NCBI GenBank assembly: GCA_041737125.1
Contig: JBGSSJ010000012.1
Location: 2,637-66,636, forward strand
Direction of reading: 5' to 3'
Length of the DNA: 64,000 bases
DNA from: Minisyncoccia bacterium
Lineage (GTDB): Bacteria > Patescibacteriota > Minisyncoccia > Phycocordibacterales > UBA9973
Shown: positions 9,521 through 19,697 of the stretch, piece by piece
How the letters are laid out: each line of letters starts with the position of its first letter
Numbering within the stretch: the first letter of the stretch is position 1
The notes under the pieces: generated by a model
Told to the model about the DNA's origin: nothing
Database searches by the model: none
The model's input: the letters and a program-made list of their open reading frames with translations, nothing else
Made by a program: the position numbers and the translations under genes

Positions 9521-10147
9521 TTATTTTAATATTACCTCATCTCCATTCCCTACAAAAGTATACTTATTATCTTCTACTATTATACCCTGTCCATCTCTTA
9601 GTATTCTTAGTGGGTACTTTAAGGTTTTAATTTTTTCTTTTATTATTTCTTCTGATTCATCTTTATAATGAACTTTTAAAACAAATGGTACATAATTAAG
9701 AGCAGTAAAATCTGTAACTTCAAAACGTAGCTTTCCTGTATTATCCCAGTCAGATACCTCTATTGTAGGACACATAATATAAGCTCCGGCGCTTGTTCCA
9801 ATATACACCCTTCCTTCATTAAGTAATTCTTTAAGAATATCAGCGAAACCATTTTCCTTAATAGCTCTTATGAGATAGAAACTATTCCCCCCTTCCATAT
9901 GAATAATGTTTTTATCTTTAAAAAAAGTTTTTATTTCTTCCTTAGTTTTACCTTCAATATCAAACTCCTCAAATTTATAATTAGTATTTAATATTATATT
10001 TTTTAAATTATTAAAAAATGATTTATCTCTATCTCCCTTAGATGCAGTGGTAATCCAACCAATCTTCATTTGGTCTTTAGGAATACCTGTAGCCTGATAG
10101 CCATACTTTAAAAGGAAACTTGAATCTGACCCTAAAATTATTTTCAT
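9521..10147 (-). CDS. Peptidase family S51 (dipeptidase E-like) / class I glutamine amidotransferase-like
   Basis: 208 aa; GTSAGA nucleophile-elbow motif and EGGNSFYL region typical of PepE-like S51 peptidases. Confidence 0.55.
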   Translation of the reverse strand: MKIILGSDSSFLLKYGYQATGIPKDQMKIGWITTASKGDRDKSFFNNLKNIILNTNYKFEEFDIEGKTKEEIKTFFKDKNIIHMEGGNSFYLIRAIKENGFADILKELLNEGRVYIGTSAGAYIMCPTIEVSDWDNTGKLRFEVTDFTALNYVPFVLKVHYKDESEEIIKEKIKTLKYPLRILRDGQGIIVEDNKYTFVGNGDEVILK

Positions 10148-10737
10148 AAATTTAATTCTCTATCTATAACTTCTATTAAGTTTTCTTCATTCAGAAACAA
10201 GAATGACTTGATGCCTAAACTTTCTGCTGAATCTACATTTGACTGCTGGTCATCGAAATACATGCACTCTTTGGGATCCAAGTTATTCTCAGTCATGACT
10301 AGCTCCCATGCTTTCGGGTCTGGCTTCACCAAGCCCGTCTGCCAAGAAAAGTAGACCTTATCTACGGCATCGTGCATCCACGGATAATGACCATAGTATT
10401 CAGCTCTTTCCTTGAAATTATTCGATAGTATAAATATTTTAATTCCTTTTTGTTTTAAGCTCTTTACGTATTCTATTATTGTATCAGATTGTACTTCAAA
10501 CTTGAACCAATAATCCCAGAAATCTTGCTCTTTCAAACCCAAATTCCATTCTTTAAAAACAGGCTCCCAGTAAGTAAATGCTGGCTTTGCATTGGGCTTC
10601 CTTACTTCTTCCATAATCATTTTTAATTTCGGTAAGAATACATCACTAGGTATGCCGAAATCTTTTGCAAACCTATCGCTAAGCTTCTCGCTCTGCAAAA
10701 ATATTCCATGCAAATCAAAAATAATAGCTTTTATCAT
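10144..10737 (-). CDS. HAD-superfamily hydrolase
   Basis: 197 aa; motif I FDLHG (DxHG variant of DxDG) at the N-terminus and FDDQQSN motif IV-like near the C-terminus. Confidence 0.5.
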   Translation of the reverse strand: MIKAIIFDLHGIFLQSEKLSDRFAKDFGIPSDVFLPKLKMIMEEVRKPNAKPAFTYWEPVFKEWNLGLKEQDFWDYWFKFEVQSDTIIEYVKSLKQKGIKIFILSNNFKERAEYYGHYPWMHDAVDKVYFSWQTGLVKPDPKAWELVMTENNLDPKECMYFDDQQSNVDSAESLGIKSFLFLNEENLIEVIDRELNL

Positions 10738-11354
10738 AAATCTTTAATATTACTATTTATCATTTTTACTATTTCGGGGAAAGTAGCGATGTCGAAGTGA
10801 CCATTCTTACTTTTATAAATAATAATTTTGGCATTTTTTAATTTATTCCTATACTTTTCTGCATGATCAACGGGTACACAATCATCGTCAGCCGAGAACA
10901 TCAAAGTGAGATTCTTGGAATTCTTCTCCAAAAGAGATAAATCTTTACCTAGTTTAAAACCACCCACCAAATCCTCTCCAATACAAGTATCATCAAAAGG
11001 TGGACAGACTAGGTATGTAGCTAGAATTTTCTTCGGAAATTTATTTTCAGATAAATACTGTGCAAGAAATATACCGCCCAAAGAACCTCCTATTAAGATA
11101 ACATTATTTCTTAAGTACGGTATGAATTTTTCAAAATGAATTTTCCATTCTTCGTATTTTGCATCTTCGCTAAGAGGCATTCTAGGTCTTAAGATTTCAA
11201 ATTTTTTACCTAATTTATCATCCATATAATCAGTAGCCCAACGTTTCTTCTTTTCAAAAGTAATAGATCTATCTTTTAGCCACAACAAATAATCTTTCCT
11301 GTTTCGAAAAGTCATACCTCCATGAATCATTAATATTTGTGGCTTTTTTTTCAT
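10734..11354 (-). CDS. Alpha/beta-fold serine hydrolase (YdeN/RBBP9-like)
   Basis: 206 aa; GxSxG nucleophile motif (IGGSLGG) and a C-terminal His. Confidence 0.5.
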   Translation of the reverse strand: MKKKPQILMIHGGMTFRNRKDYLLWLKDRSITFEKKKRWATDYMDDKLGKKFEILRPRMPLSEDAKYEEWKIHFEKFIPYLRNNVILIGGSLGGIFLAQYLSENKFPKKILATYLVCPPFDDTCIGEDLVGGFKLGKDLSLLEKNSKNLTLMFSADDDCVPVDHAEKYRNKLKNAKIIIYKSKNGHFDIATFPEIVKMINSNIKDL

Positions 11355-11355
11355 A

Positions 11356-12729
11356 TTATTTTAACTTCTTAATTATCTTCATAAATAAATCGTTTCTTTC
11401 ATATTCATTATTGAACATTCCAAATGACGCAAATGCTGAAGAGAATAAAACTATATCCCCTCTTTTCGCCACAGATAACGCCTTCTCTACTGCGTCTTTC
11501 AAATTATCAACTTTATTACTTTCAACTTTTAACTTTTTACTCATTAACTCATCCGTTCCCGTCCCACCAATCATCACCACAGCTTTACAATTCTTATTTA
11601 TAGCTTTCACCAGGTTCTCGAGTGGTAAATTCTTCGTGGCCCCACCACAGATTAGTACAATATTTTTCTTAGCACTTTCCGATAGGCCTTGATTAGCGGA
11701 AAGTGCTTCGATTCCTGCAATAGTCGCCTCTGGAGTTGTCGCATTATTGTCGTTATATATCTTTATCCCTTTTACAGTTTTTACATATTGAAGTCTGCCT
11801 TCCACGCCTTTGAAAGCTTTAACAGCTTTCTTTATCTTAACTTCGGGTATTTGGAACTGCTTCGCTACTTCTACAGCACAAGCCAAATTATCCCTCTGAT
11901 ACAAACCAGGCACAACGAAATCCCAATCTAATACATTTTTAGTCTTTACAACTATAACCTTACTCTTATTGCCTTCCGGTAAACTTTTTATTTCTTTATC
12001 TATTAACTTTTTTACCTTAGGTAATGTTATTAGTACATCTCCCTTCTTTTGATATTTAAATATATTTGCTTTGTCTTCGAAATACCTATTCATATCATCT
12101 TTATAGTAATTCATATGATCACACATGAAAGTGGTGAAAACGGAAATATTTGGGGAAATATTTGCATCACCGAAGCCTTGCAACTGCCATGAATCAAGCT
12201 CAAGTACTACAATGTCATTGCTCTTTACTTTATTTAAGAGTGGAAGAGTAGCCCCACCTCGCACATTACCACCCAAGTATATTTTACGTTTTAATAGCTT
12301 TTCATTACTTTTCAATATCTCGTATATAAGCATTGTAGTCATTGTCTTACCTCGAGTACCAGTCACACCGACCATAGTCACATCTTCTGCAAGCTCTGCA
12401 AATAATGAAGCATCTATCTTCACTGGAATTTTATTCTTCTGTGCTTCTTTAATATAAATAGAATCAAGTGGCACACCAGCAGACTTTATAATTATATCTT
12501 TACCTTGGAAGTCACTTAGTCTATGTTCACCTAAGACGAATTTAATGTTTGGATATTTTGCAAGTAATTTTATAGAAGTGGCGAGCCTTTCTCTTGACTT
12601 CAAATCAGTCACTATAAGTTGCGCACCACATTCTGCCAAGAATTGCGTATAGGCAATAGACCGCCCCAAGAGCCCAAGCCCCATGACAGTAATCTTTTTA
12701 TCTTTAAAGTATTCTTTATAATTTTTCAT
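11356..12729 (-). CDS. murD: UDP-N-acetylmuramoylalanine--D-glutamate ligase
   Basis: 457 aa; N-terminal VMGLGLLGRS Rossmann motif and the Mur ligase P-loop VTGTRGKTMTT. Confidence 0.8.
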   Translation of the reverse strand: MKNYKEYFKDKKITVMGLGLLGRSIAYTQFLAECGAQLIVTDLKSRERLATSIKLLAKYPNIKFVLGEHRLSDFQGKDIIIKSAGVPLDSIYIKEAQKNKIPVKIDASLFAELAEDVTMVGVTGTRGKTMTTMLIYEILKSNEKLLKRKIYLGGNVRGGATLPLLNKVKSNDIVVLELDSWQLQGFGDANISPNISVFTTFMCDHMNYYKDDMNRYFEDKANIFKYQKKGDVLITLPKVKKLIDKEIKSLPEGNKSKVIVVKTKNVLDWDFVVPGLYQRDNLACAVEVAKQFQIPEVKIKKAVKAFKGVEGRLQYVKTVKGIKIYNDNNATTPEATIAGIEALSANQGLSESAKKNIVLICGGATKNLPLENLVKAINKNCKAVVMIGGTGTDELMSKKLKVESNKVDNLKDAVEKALSVAKRGDIVLFSSAFASFGMFNNEYERNDLFMKIIKKLK

Positions 12730-14493
12730 TTAAAATAATTGCTTTTGCCATAATTCATAAAATCTCCCCTTCTTATTCATAAGTTCATCATATGAACCTT
12801 CCTCTATAATACCACCTTCTTCGATAACTATAATCTTATCCATTTCCTTAATAGTTGTAAGCCTATGAGCGATGACAACAGCAGTCACATTCTTGAAAAA
12901 TTTATGTAATGAATCTTTAATCTTTTCTTCAGATTCTAGATCGAGGTGTGAAGTAGCTTCATCTAGAAGTAGTATTGACGGCTCTTTAAAGATAGCACGA
13001 GCAATACCAAGTCGCTGGCGCTCACCACCAGAGAGCTTCACTCCATGCTCTCCTATTTTAGTATCTATGCCATTTGGTAGCTTGTGAACATAGTCCTTCA
13101 CATGGCCAATTTCTAAAGAATTTTCAAGTAGTTCTTTATCATCCTTTTTACTTGGTTGTGAAATTATTATATTTTCTTTTAAAGATAGATTGAATACTTC
13201 TGTATCTTGGGGGACAATGGATATATGTTTATAGAACTCATCCGGATGAATATCTTTGATTGATACATTGTCTATCTTTATATCTCCATGATAATCATCC
13301 CTTTCACGAATAAGTAGCTTGAACAACGTAGACTTCCCTGCACCCGAGAGCCCGACAATACCAATCTTCTGGCCTTTAGAAATTTTAAATGTAAGATTAT
13401 TTAAAGCTTTATTATCTTCATAATAAAAAGAAAGATTTTCTATTAATAAAGTATTCCATACTTTAGGAAATTCTTGAGTACCTATCTCTGGCACAACTTC
13501 TCTCCCTACAAGATCATACATTCTATAGATTGACTGCCTCGACACCATAACATCCTGACTTACATCAGTAATTTCTTTAATATTACTCCAAATTTTATCA
13601 AAATAAGCTGAGAACATAACAATAAGAGCTATATCGTATCTACCCTTAAATACAGAGTATACAATATAAGACAATACTGTCATCTTAAATACCTGAGAGA
13701 ATATTGCCATGAACCCACTTCTAAATTGGAACATTTTTATTCTATTCTTAAATGCACGAAAGAGATTATCTGTCAGATAAGCAACTTTATTCATCATTTC
13801 TTTACCTATATGTAGCACTCGGATAGTTCGTATATTACTCACAACTTCATATACATTCCCACTTAGTTGATCTTCGTGGATATTTACTTGGTGCGCAGCA
13901 CCAATACATCTCTTTTGTAAATATTTTGAAATTGAAAAATATACAATTAAAAAGACGAGCATTATTAAAGCTATCCAAGAATCAAACTCAAGTAATATGA
14001 ATGGGATACCGACAAAAGTAACAAAAGTTTCAATATAACTATTTATGTATGCATATAGGATATCTCTATAACTCATTGCTCCACGTTCTATACGTTTAAT
14101 TTTTATGCCGGAAGATTCCTTCTCATGCCATGCACTATCTTTAGATATAAGGACACCTAACATATACTTTTCTATATTTAAATACACATCCTGCGCTGTA
14201 GAAAAGACTAGCCTTTTTGCAATATATCTAAATAGATGCTGAATAATATAAGATATAACCCATAACATGAGGATAATAGACGCATGATTGAAATCAAGTG
14301 AATGTTCAGTTAATCCATTTACAACTAGCCCTAATGCATAGACTGGGTAAAGCCCAGCCACATCACCAGCTAATCTAAAAAAAGTACCAAGTACTATATA
14401 TTTTTTTCTATCTCCTGAGTACTTCCAAATATCTTTTATTAAACTTTTTAAAGAATATTGTATTCCTTTATCATTTGGATCTGATATTTTCAT
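12730..14493 (-). CDS. ABC exporter, fused permease/ATPase (MsbA-like type I exporter)
   Basis: 587 aa; six-TM N-terminal domain, Walker A GLSGAGKST, signature LSGGERQRLGIARA and Walker B ILLLDEATS. Confidence 0.8.
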   Translation of the reverse strand: MKISDPNDKGIQYSLKSLIKDIWKYSGDRKKYIVLGTFFRLAGDVAGLYPVYALGLVVNGLTEHSLDFNHASIILMLWVISYIIQHLFRYIAKRLVFSTAQDVYLNIEKYMLGVLISKDSAWHEKESSGIKIKRIERGAMSYRDILYAYINSYIETFVTFVGIPFILLEFDSWIALIMLVFLIVYFSISKYLQKRCIGAAHQVNIHEDQLSGNVYEVVSNIRTIRVLHIGKEMMNKVAYLTDNLFRAFKNRIKMFQFRSGFMAIFSQVFKMTVLSYIVYSVFKGRYDIALIVMFSAYFDKIWSNIKEITDVSQDVMVSRQSIYRMYDLVGREVVPEIGTQEFPKVWNTLLIENLSFYYEDNKALNNLTFKISKGQKIGIVGLSGAGKSTLFKLLIRERDDYHGDIKIDNVSIKDIHPDEFYKHISIVPQDTEVFNLSLKENIIISQPSKKDDKELLENSLEIGHVKDYVHKLPNGIDTKIGEHGVKLSGGERQRLGIARAIFKEPSILLLDEATSHLDLESEEKIKDSLHKFFKNVTAVVIAHRLTTIKEMDKIIVIEEGGIIEEGSYDELMNKKGRFYELWQKQLF

Positions 14494-14494
14494 A

Positions 14495-15679
14495 TTATTT
14501 TAAATATTTCTTTAATTCTTCTGTATCATCAAAATGGTTTTTGATGCCATTTATTTCTTGATAATTCTCATGGCCTTTGCCTGCGACGAGTATATAGTCG
14601 CCACTCTCTGCAAGCTCTACTGCTTTCTTTATTGCTTCCCTTCTATCAGAGATAATATGTACACCTCCGACTTCGCTCAGGGCTTCGCTGGATAAACCTT
14701 TCTTCATATCTTCTAATATGTCTTCAGGTTTTTCTGTGCGAGGATTATCAGATGTAATTATTATTATATCACTCATATCATAGCCGATTTTAGCCATTAT
14801 TGAGCGCTTTGTCTTATCCCTATCTCCTCCGCAACCAAAGACAGATATTATCTTCCCTTTCTTATTTTGGTTCATTTCATTTATTGTTCGTAGCACATTA
14901 GACAATGCATCTGGTGTATGCGCATAGTCGACTATTCCAGTCACACCAGCTGTGCTCGTGTAAGATTCGAATCTTCCTCGTGCAGGAGCGAGCTTCTTTA
15001 TCTCTTCTTTTACTTTTTCTTTATCTTCTCCAAGTAACACTGCTACAGAGTAAACAGCGAGTATATTATATGCATTGAACTCGCCCAATAATTTCGTCTC
15101 TAACTTATCAGAGAAGTCTGCTTCCTTTTTGAATCCATATTTATACGCTTTGGCTTCTATATCAGATAACATCTTCTCTCCATAACCATCATCGATATTC
15201 GAAAGTGCAAAAGCGTTACGAGGTAGCATTGTGAAGAACTTCTTCTTGGCTTTAAAGTAATTCTCGAAAGTTTTATGATAATCCAAATGATCATGAGTAA
15301 GGTTCGTATATACTCCACCAGCAAAATTAATCCCGGCTATTCTATCCTGTGCGATTGCATGGGAGGATACTTCCATGAAGCAGTACTCACAACCTGCCTC
15401 CACCATCTTATTTAATAAATTATTCAACTCTATAGGAAGCGGTGTTGTATTTCGAGCTTCTATTTCTTCATCATTTATCTTATTCACAACTGTGCCTATC
15501 ATTCCTACTTTATATCCTAAGTTACGGAAAAGCTGATACAGAAGAGTGACTGTAGTAGTCTTACCATTGGTACCTGTCACTCCGATAATCTTTATCTTCT
15601 TTGACGGATTACCATAGAAATGCAATCCTGCTAGGAAAGCAATAAATCTATGTTTTATTTTTTTAAAAAATTTATTCAT
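14495..15679 (-). CDS. murE: UDP-N-acetylmuramoyl-L-alanyl-D-glutamate--2,6-diaminopimelate ligase (short form)
   Basis: 394 aa; P-loop GVTGTNGKTTT and the MurE-specific DNPR motif (ITSDNPRTE). Confidence 0.7.
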   Translation of the reverse strand: MNKFFKKIKHRFIAFLAGLHFYGNPSKKIKIIGVTGTNGKTTTVTLLYQLFRNLGYKVGMIGTVVNKINDEEIEARNTTPLPIELNNLLNKMVEAGCEYCFMEVSSHAIAQDRIAGINFAGGVYTNLTHDHLDYHKTFENYFKAKKKFFTMLPRNAFALSNIDDGYGEKMLSDIEAKAYKYGFKKEADFSDKLETKLLGEFNAYNILAVYSVAVLLGEDKEKVKEEIKKLAPARGRFESYTSTAGVTGIVDYAHTPDALSNVLRTINEMNQNKKGKIISVFGCGGDRDKTKRSIMAKIGYDMSDIIIITSDNPRTEKPEDILEDMKKGLSSEALSEVGGVHIISDRREAIKKAVELAESGDYILVAGKGHENYQEINGIKNHFDDTEELKKYLK

Positions 15680-16268
15680 TACTTAATTTGTTTTGGAATA
15701 ATTTGATTGCTTTCTCTATGTCTTGCGAGACTTCTTTTATAGACTGATTACCATTTATTTTCTTAAGTTTTCCTAAACTGTCAAAATAGTTCACTGTCTT
15801 AGAAACCTGATCTTTATGCCATTTTATACGACTTAAGATAAATTTATTATCATCATCGGTACCACGTTTACGTCCAATAGAACGTTTAAATACTTCTTTG
15901 TCTGGAAGAGTTATATAAATAGCGAAAAACTTCTCCTTGTGTTCTTTCATTAATTTATTGAGTAGCTGACCTTCAGGCTTAAGACGTGGATTTCCTACAA
16001 ACAAAAGATTTTTATTCTTTGGTCTTTTCTCAATATTCTCAAGGAGGAACTTCTTCATCAGAGCTACCGGTGCAGGTAAGCCTTTGCTCACAGTTCTGCG
16101 TAGCCATTCCCCATCCTTACTTTTCTCTTTCTCAAGCTTTCGCCAATGCTTCCCAGATTCGACTGGTTTAAGGTTGTATTTATCAAGTATTACAAGTGCT
16201 TGAGTATCTTTACCTGAAGCAATTTGTCCAAGTAAGACAAGGTGGAAACCAAGTTGTTCTTTCTTCAT
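15672..16268 (-). CDS. P-loop nucleoside monophosphate kinase, adenylate kinase-like
   Basis: 198 aa; N-terminal LVLLGQIASGKDTQA resembles the adenylate kinase GxxGxGKGTQ P-loop; overlaps the murE start by 8 nt. Confidence 0.4.
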   Translation of the reverse strand: MKKEQLGFHLVLLGQIASGKDTQALVILDKYNLKPVESGKHWRKLEKEKSKDGEWLRRTVSKGLPAPVALMKKFLLENIEKRPKNKNLLFVGNPRLKPEGQLLNKLMKEHKEKFFAIYITLPDKEVFKRSIGRKRGTDDDNKFILSRIKWHKDQVSKTVNYFDSLGKLKKINGNQSIKEVSQDIEKAIKLFQNKLSNE

Positions 16269-16324
16269 ATAACTAATTTACCATAAAAATGGTCAAATAA
16301 AAACCCTTATGGTATAGTATTTTT

Positions 16325-17470
16325 ATGAAAATTCTAGCTATTGAGACATCCTGCGACGATACATGTATTGCTATTCTTGAGGTAAAAGAATTGAAAAATG
16401 CTGTCTCATTTAAGATACTTTCTAATGTAGTGAATTCCCAAACAATCCATGCAAGCTATGGAGGAGTATTCCCTATGATGGCAAAGCGTGAACATATCAA
16501 AAATATCGGTCCAGTATTTGATAGAGCCATGAAGGATGCGAAGAATCCAAAGATAGATATGATTGCGGTCACAGTAGGCCCGGGGCTTGAGCCTGCACTA
16601 TGGGTAGGTATTACTTTTGCTCAAGAATTAAGCACGAAGTTAAAAGTTCCAATCATACCTGTAAACCATATGGAAGGTCATATACTATCCATCTTCCCTA
16701 CAAAGATGAAAACTTTCACTATCAAGAAGGACGAGTCTATATTCCCAGTGCTTTCTTTGCTCGTGTCTGGAGGACACACAGAAATAGTATTGGCGAAAGA
16801 CTTCGGCAAATACAAAATTATCGGCCGTACTCGCGATGATGCTGTCGGTGAAGCATTTGATAAAGTCGCTCGTATGCTTGGATTGCCTTACCCTGGTGGA
16901 CCAGAAATCTCAAGATTAGCGAAAGAGGAGCGAGGTAATATTAATTCGGGAAGCCTTGCGCAGGCTGACGAGCCGAGCAGAGAAATTTTTCACCAGAAAA
17001 ATATTCGTGCTGACAGAAATAATATTCCGAGCGACATAAAGCTCCCCCGCCCTATGATGTATTCGAAAGATTACGACTTCTCCTTTTCTGGGCTCAAAAC
17101 TGCAGTACTATATATGATACGTGATGTATACAAAGGCAAACTTACAGACAAACAAAAGTCACAAATAGCAAAAGAATTCGAAGATGCCGCCATTGAAGTT
17201 CTAGTTCACAAGACTCTTCGTGCAGTGAAGCAATACAAAGTGAAAACTCTCATAGTAGGAGGTGGAGTATCTGCGAATACTTATCTAAAAGAGACTTTGA
17301 AAAATAAATTAAAAGAATTTGATAAAGAAATCAAAACACACTTCCCTGTGAAAGGCTTGTCGACTGATAATGCTCTCATGATAGCGATTGCCGGATATAT
17401 GAATCATATAAATAAGAAAAAGATGAGAGGCCAGGCAAAGCTTAAGGCTGTCGGAAATCTATCCTTATAA
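16325..17470 (+). CDS. tsaD: tRNA N6-adenosine threonylcarbamoyltransferase TsaD (Kae1/Gcp family), with a ~38-aa internal insertion
   Basis: 381 aa; MKILAIETSCDDTCIAIL N-terminus, HMEGH metal site, GGVSAN and FSFSGLKT motifs. An extra GC-richer segment (ERGNINSGSLAQADEPSREIFHQKNIRADRNNIPSDIK) lies between the GPEISRLAKE and PRPM blocks. Confidence 0.85.
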   Translation: MKILAIETSCDDTCIAILEVKELKNAVSFKILSNVVNSQTIHASYGGVFPMMAKREHIKNIGPVFDRAMKDAKNPKIDMIAVTVGPGLEPALWVGITFAQELSTKLKVPIIPVNHMEGHILSIFPTKMKTFTIKKDESIFPVLSLLVSGGHTEIVLAKDFGKYKIIGRTRDDAVGEAFDKVARMLGLPYPGGPEISRLAKEERGNINSGSLAQADEPSREIFHQKNIRADRNNIPSDIKLPRPMMYSKDYDFSFSGLKTAVLYMIRDVYKGKLTDKQKSQIAKEFEDAAIEVLVHKTLRAVKQYKVKTLIVGGGVSANTYLKETLKNKLKEFDKEIKTHFPVKGLSTDNALMIAIAGYMNHINKKKMRGQAKLKAVGNLSL

Positions 17471-17507
17471 TATTGGAAAAAAGTCTCCGAAATGCTATAT
17501 TTTATAT

Positions 17508-19697
17508 ATGAATGAAGAGCATAAAGACATAAATCCAAAACTATTATCCCCTTATAATCCGAATGATACAGAAGACCGTATTTATAAGCTTTGGGAAGAT
17601 AGTGGATTTTTTAATCCTGATGTTTGTATAGAACAAGGTGTAACGAAAGAAGATAGCGAGACTTTCTCTATCGTCCTCCCCCCTCCAAATGTTACAGGCA
17701 CTCTTCATATAGGTCATGCTTCGATGCTCACTATTGAAGATATCATGGTGCGCTTCGCTCGTATGCAAGGCAAGCGTACACTTTGGCTACCGGGTACAGA
17801 CCACGCAGCTATTGCTACACAATCCAAAGTTGAGAAAATATTAGAAAAAGAAGAAGGTAAAAGAAAAACTGATTTAGGGAGAGAAGAGTTCCTAAAGAAA
17901 GTGGAGCTATTCGCGCAAGATAGCCATGACACAATAGTATCCCAAATGAAGAAGATGGGTACTTCTGTCGACTGGTCTCGTGAAGCATATACACTAGATG
18001 ACACTCGTAACTTTGCTGTAAGAACAGCATTCAAGAGAATGTATGAAGACGGACTTATATACCGCGGACACAGAATTGTAAACTGGGACCCTAAAGGCCA
18101 GACTGTTATATCTGATGATGAAGTTATAAACGAAGAGCGCAAAGCGAAACTTTATACTTTCAAGTACAGCCATGACTTCCCTATTTCTATATCTACAACT
18201 CGTCCTGAGACAAAAGTTGGCGATGTCGCTGTCGCAGTGAATCCGACGGATGAACGATATAAGGAATACGTAGGCCAAGAATATGATGCTGTTTTTTGTG
18301 GAGTATCTATACACATAAAAGTTATCGCAGATGAGCAAGTAGAGAAAGAGTTCGGTACAGGAGCACTTGGAGTGACTCCAGCCCACAGCTCAATCGATGC
18401 AGATATCGCAACACGTCATAACTTGGGATCAAAACAAGTCATAAATGAATATGCGAAAATGATGGTAGGTGGTGAGAATATTCTCGGCAAGAAGACTACA
18501 GAAGCACGCGCAATAATAGTGGATTGGCTAAGTAATGAAGGCTTACTTGAAAAAGAGGAAGAAGTAATACAGAACGTACCCACAGCAGAGCGCACTGGTG
18601 GTATTATAGAACCGTTGCCGAAACTTCAATGGTTCATAAATGTAAATAAGCCTATAGCGTCACGAAATAATAAAACACTTAAAGAATTAATGCTCTCTGC
18701 CGTGAAAAGCCAAGATGTAAATATTATTCCTGATCGCTTTGAAAGAGTTTATTATAACTGGATAGAGAATCTACGGGACTGGTGTATATCTCGCCAAATA
18801 TGGTACGGCCACAGAATACCTGTCTGGTACAAAGAAGGAGAAATTTATTGTGGAATAGAAGCACCCGAGGGTGGCGATTGGGAGCAAGACCCTGATACCC
18901 TTGATACTTGGTTCTCATCGGGGCTTTGGACTTTCTCGACTTTAGGTTGGCCAGATATGGAAGCAAAGGATTTGCGAGACTACCATCCCACAAGTGTGCT
19001 TGAGACTGGGTACGATATTATATTCTTCTGGGTGGCACGCATGATACTCATGTCACAATACCTGCTCGGTGAAGTTCCATTCCGAACTGTATATCTTCAT
19101 GGACTTGTTCGAGATGCACAAGGGCGTAAGATGAGTAAATCACTCGGTAATATTATTGACCCGCTTGATGTCGCAGAAAAGTACGGAGCAGATGCTGTAC
19201 GCATGTCGCTTATTATAGGCACAGGTCCCGGGAATGATAGCAAAATGAGTGAAGACAAAATCAAAGCTTACAAGAATTATGCGAACAAGCTCTGGAATAT
19301 TACACGCTTCGTATTAACTAGTACAGATTATGTATACAATGGAGAATTTAATAATTTCACAGAGAAAGATCGTGAGCTAATACTCGATAGGAATACAATA
19401 CTAAAAGATATCACTAAAGACATGACTTCGTACCGCTTCTATCTTGCAGGCGAGAAGATATACCAATACACATGGGCACGTTTCGCTGATGTCATTATAG
19501 AAGAAAGTAAAAAGATACTAGAAAATGGTACAGAAGAAGAAAAAGAATCCAGAAAGCAATTCCTCCTCGATACACTGGTAAAGATAGTCATTACTCTCCA
19601 CCCTTTCATGCCATTCGTCACCGAAGAGATCTGGTCTATGATTCCAGTCGAGAATAAAAATTTACTCATGGTAACTCCATGGCCAGCTAATGACTGA
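17508..19697 (+). CDS. valS: Valyl-tRNA synthetase (short form lacking the C-terminal coiled-coil extension)
   Basis: 729 aa; PPPNVTGTLHIGHA (HIGH) and KMSKSLGN motifs; editing-domain-like insertion. Confidence 0.75.
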   Translation: MNEEHKDINPKLLSPYNPNDTEDRIYKLWEDSGFFNPDVCIEQGVTKEDSETFSIVLPPPNVTGTLHIGHASMLTIEDIMVRFARMQGKRTLWLPGTDHAAIATQSKVEKILEKEEGKRKTDLGREEFLKKVELFAQDSHDTIVSQMKKMGTSVDWSREAYTLDDTRNFAVRTAFKRMYEDGLIYRGHRIVNWDPKGQTVISDDEVINEERKAKLYTFKYSHDFPISISTTRPETKVGDVAVAVNPTDERYKEYVGQEYDAVFCGVSIHIKVIADEQVEKEFGTGALGVTPAHSSIDADIATRHNLGSKQVINEYAKMMVGGENILGKKTTEARAIIVDWLSNEGLLEKEEEVIQNVPTAERTGGIIEPLPKLQWFINVNKPIASRNNKTLKELMLSAVKSQDVNIIPDRFERVYYNWIENLRDWCISRQIWYGHRIPVWYKEGEIYCGIEAPEGGDWEQDPDTLDTWFSSGLWTFSTLGWPDMEAKDLRDYHPTSVLETGYDIIFFWVARMILMSQYLLGEVPFRTVYLHGLVRDAQGRKMSKSLGNIIDPLDVAEKYGADAVRMSLIIGTGPGNDSKMSEDKIKAYKNYANKLWNITRFVLTSTDYVYNGEFNNFTEKDRELILDRNTILKDITKDMTSYRFYLAGEKIYQYTWARFADVIIEESKKILENGTEEEKESRKQFLLDTLVKIVITLHPFMPFVTEEIWSMIPVENKNLLMVTPWPAND

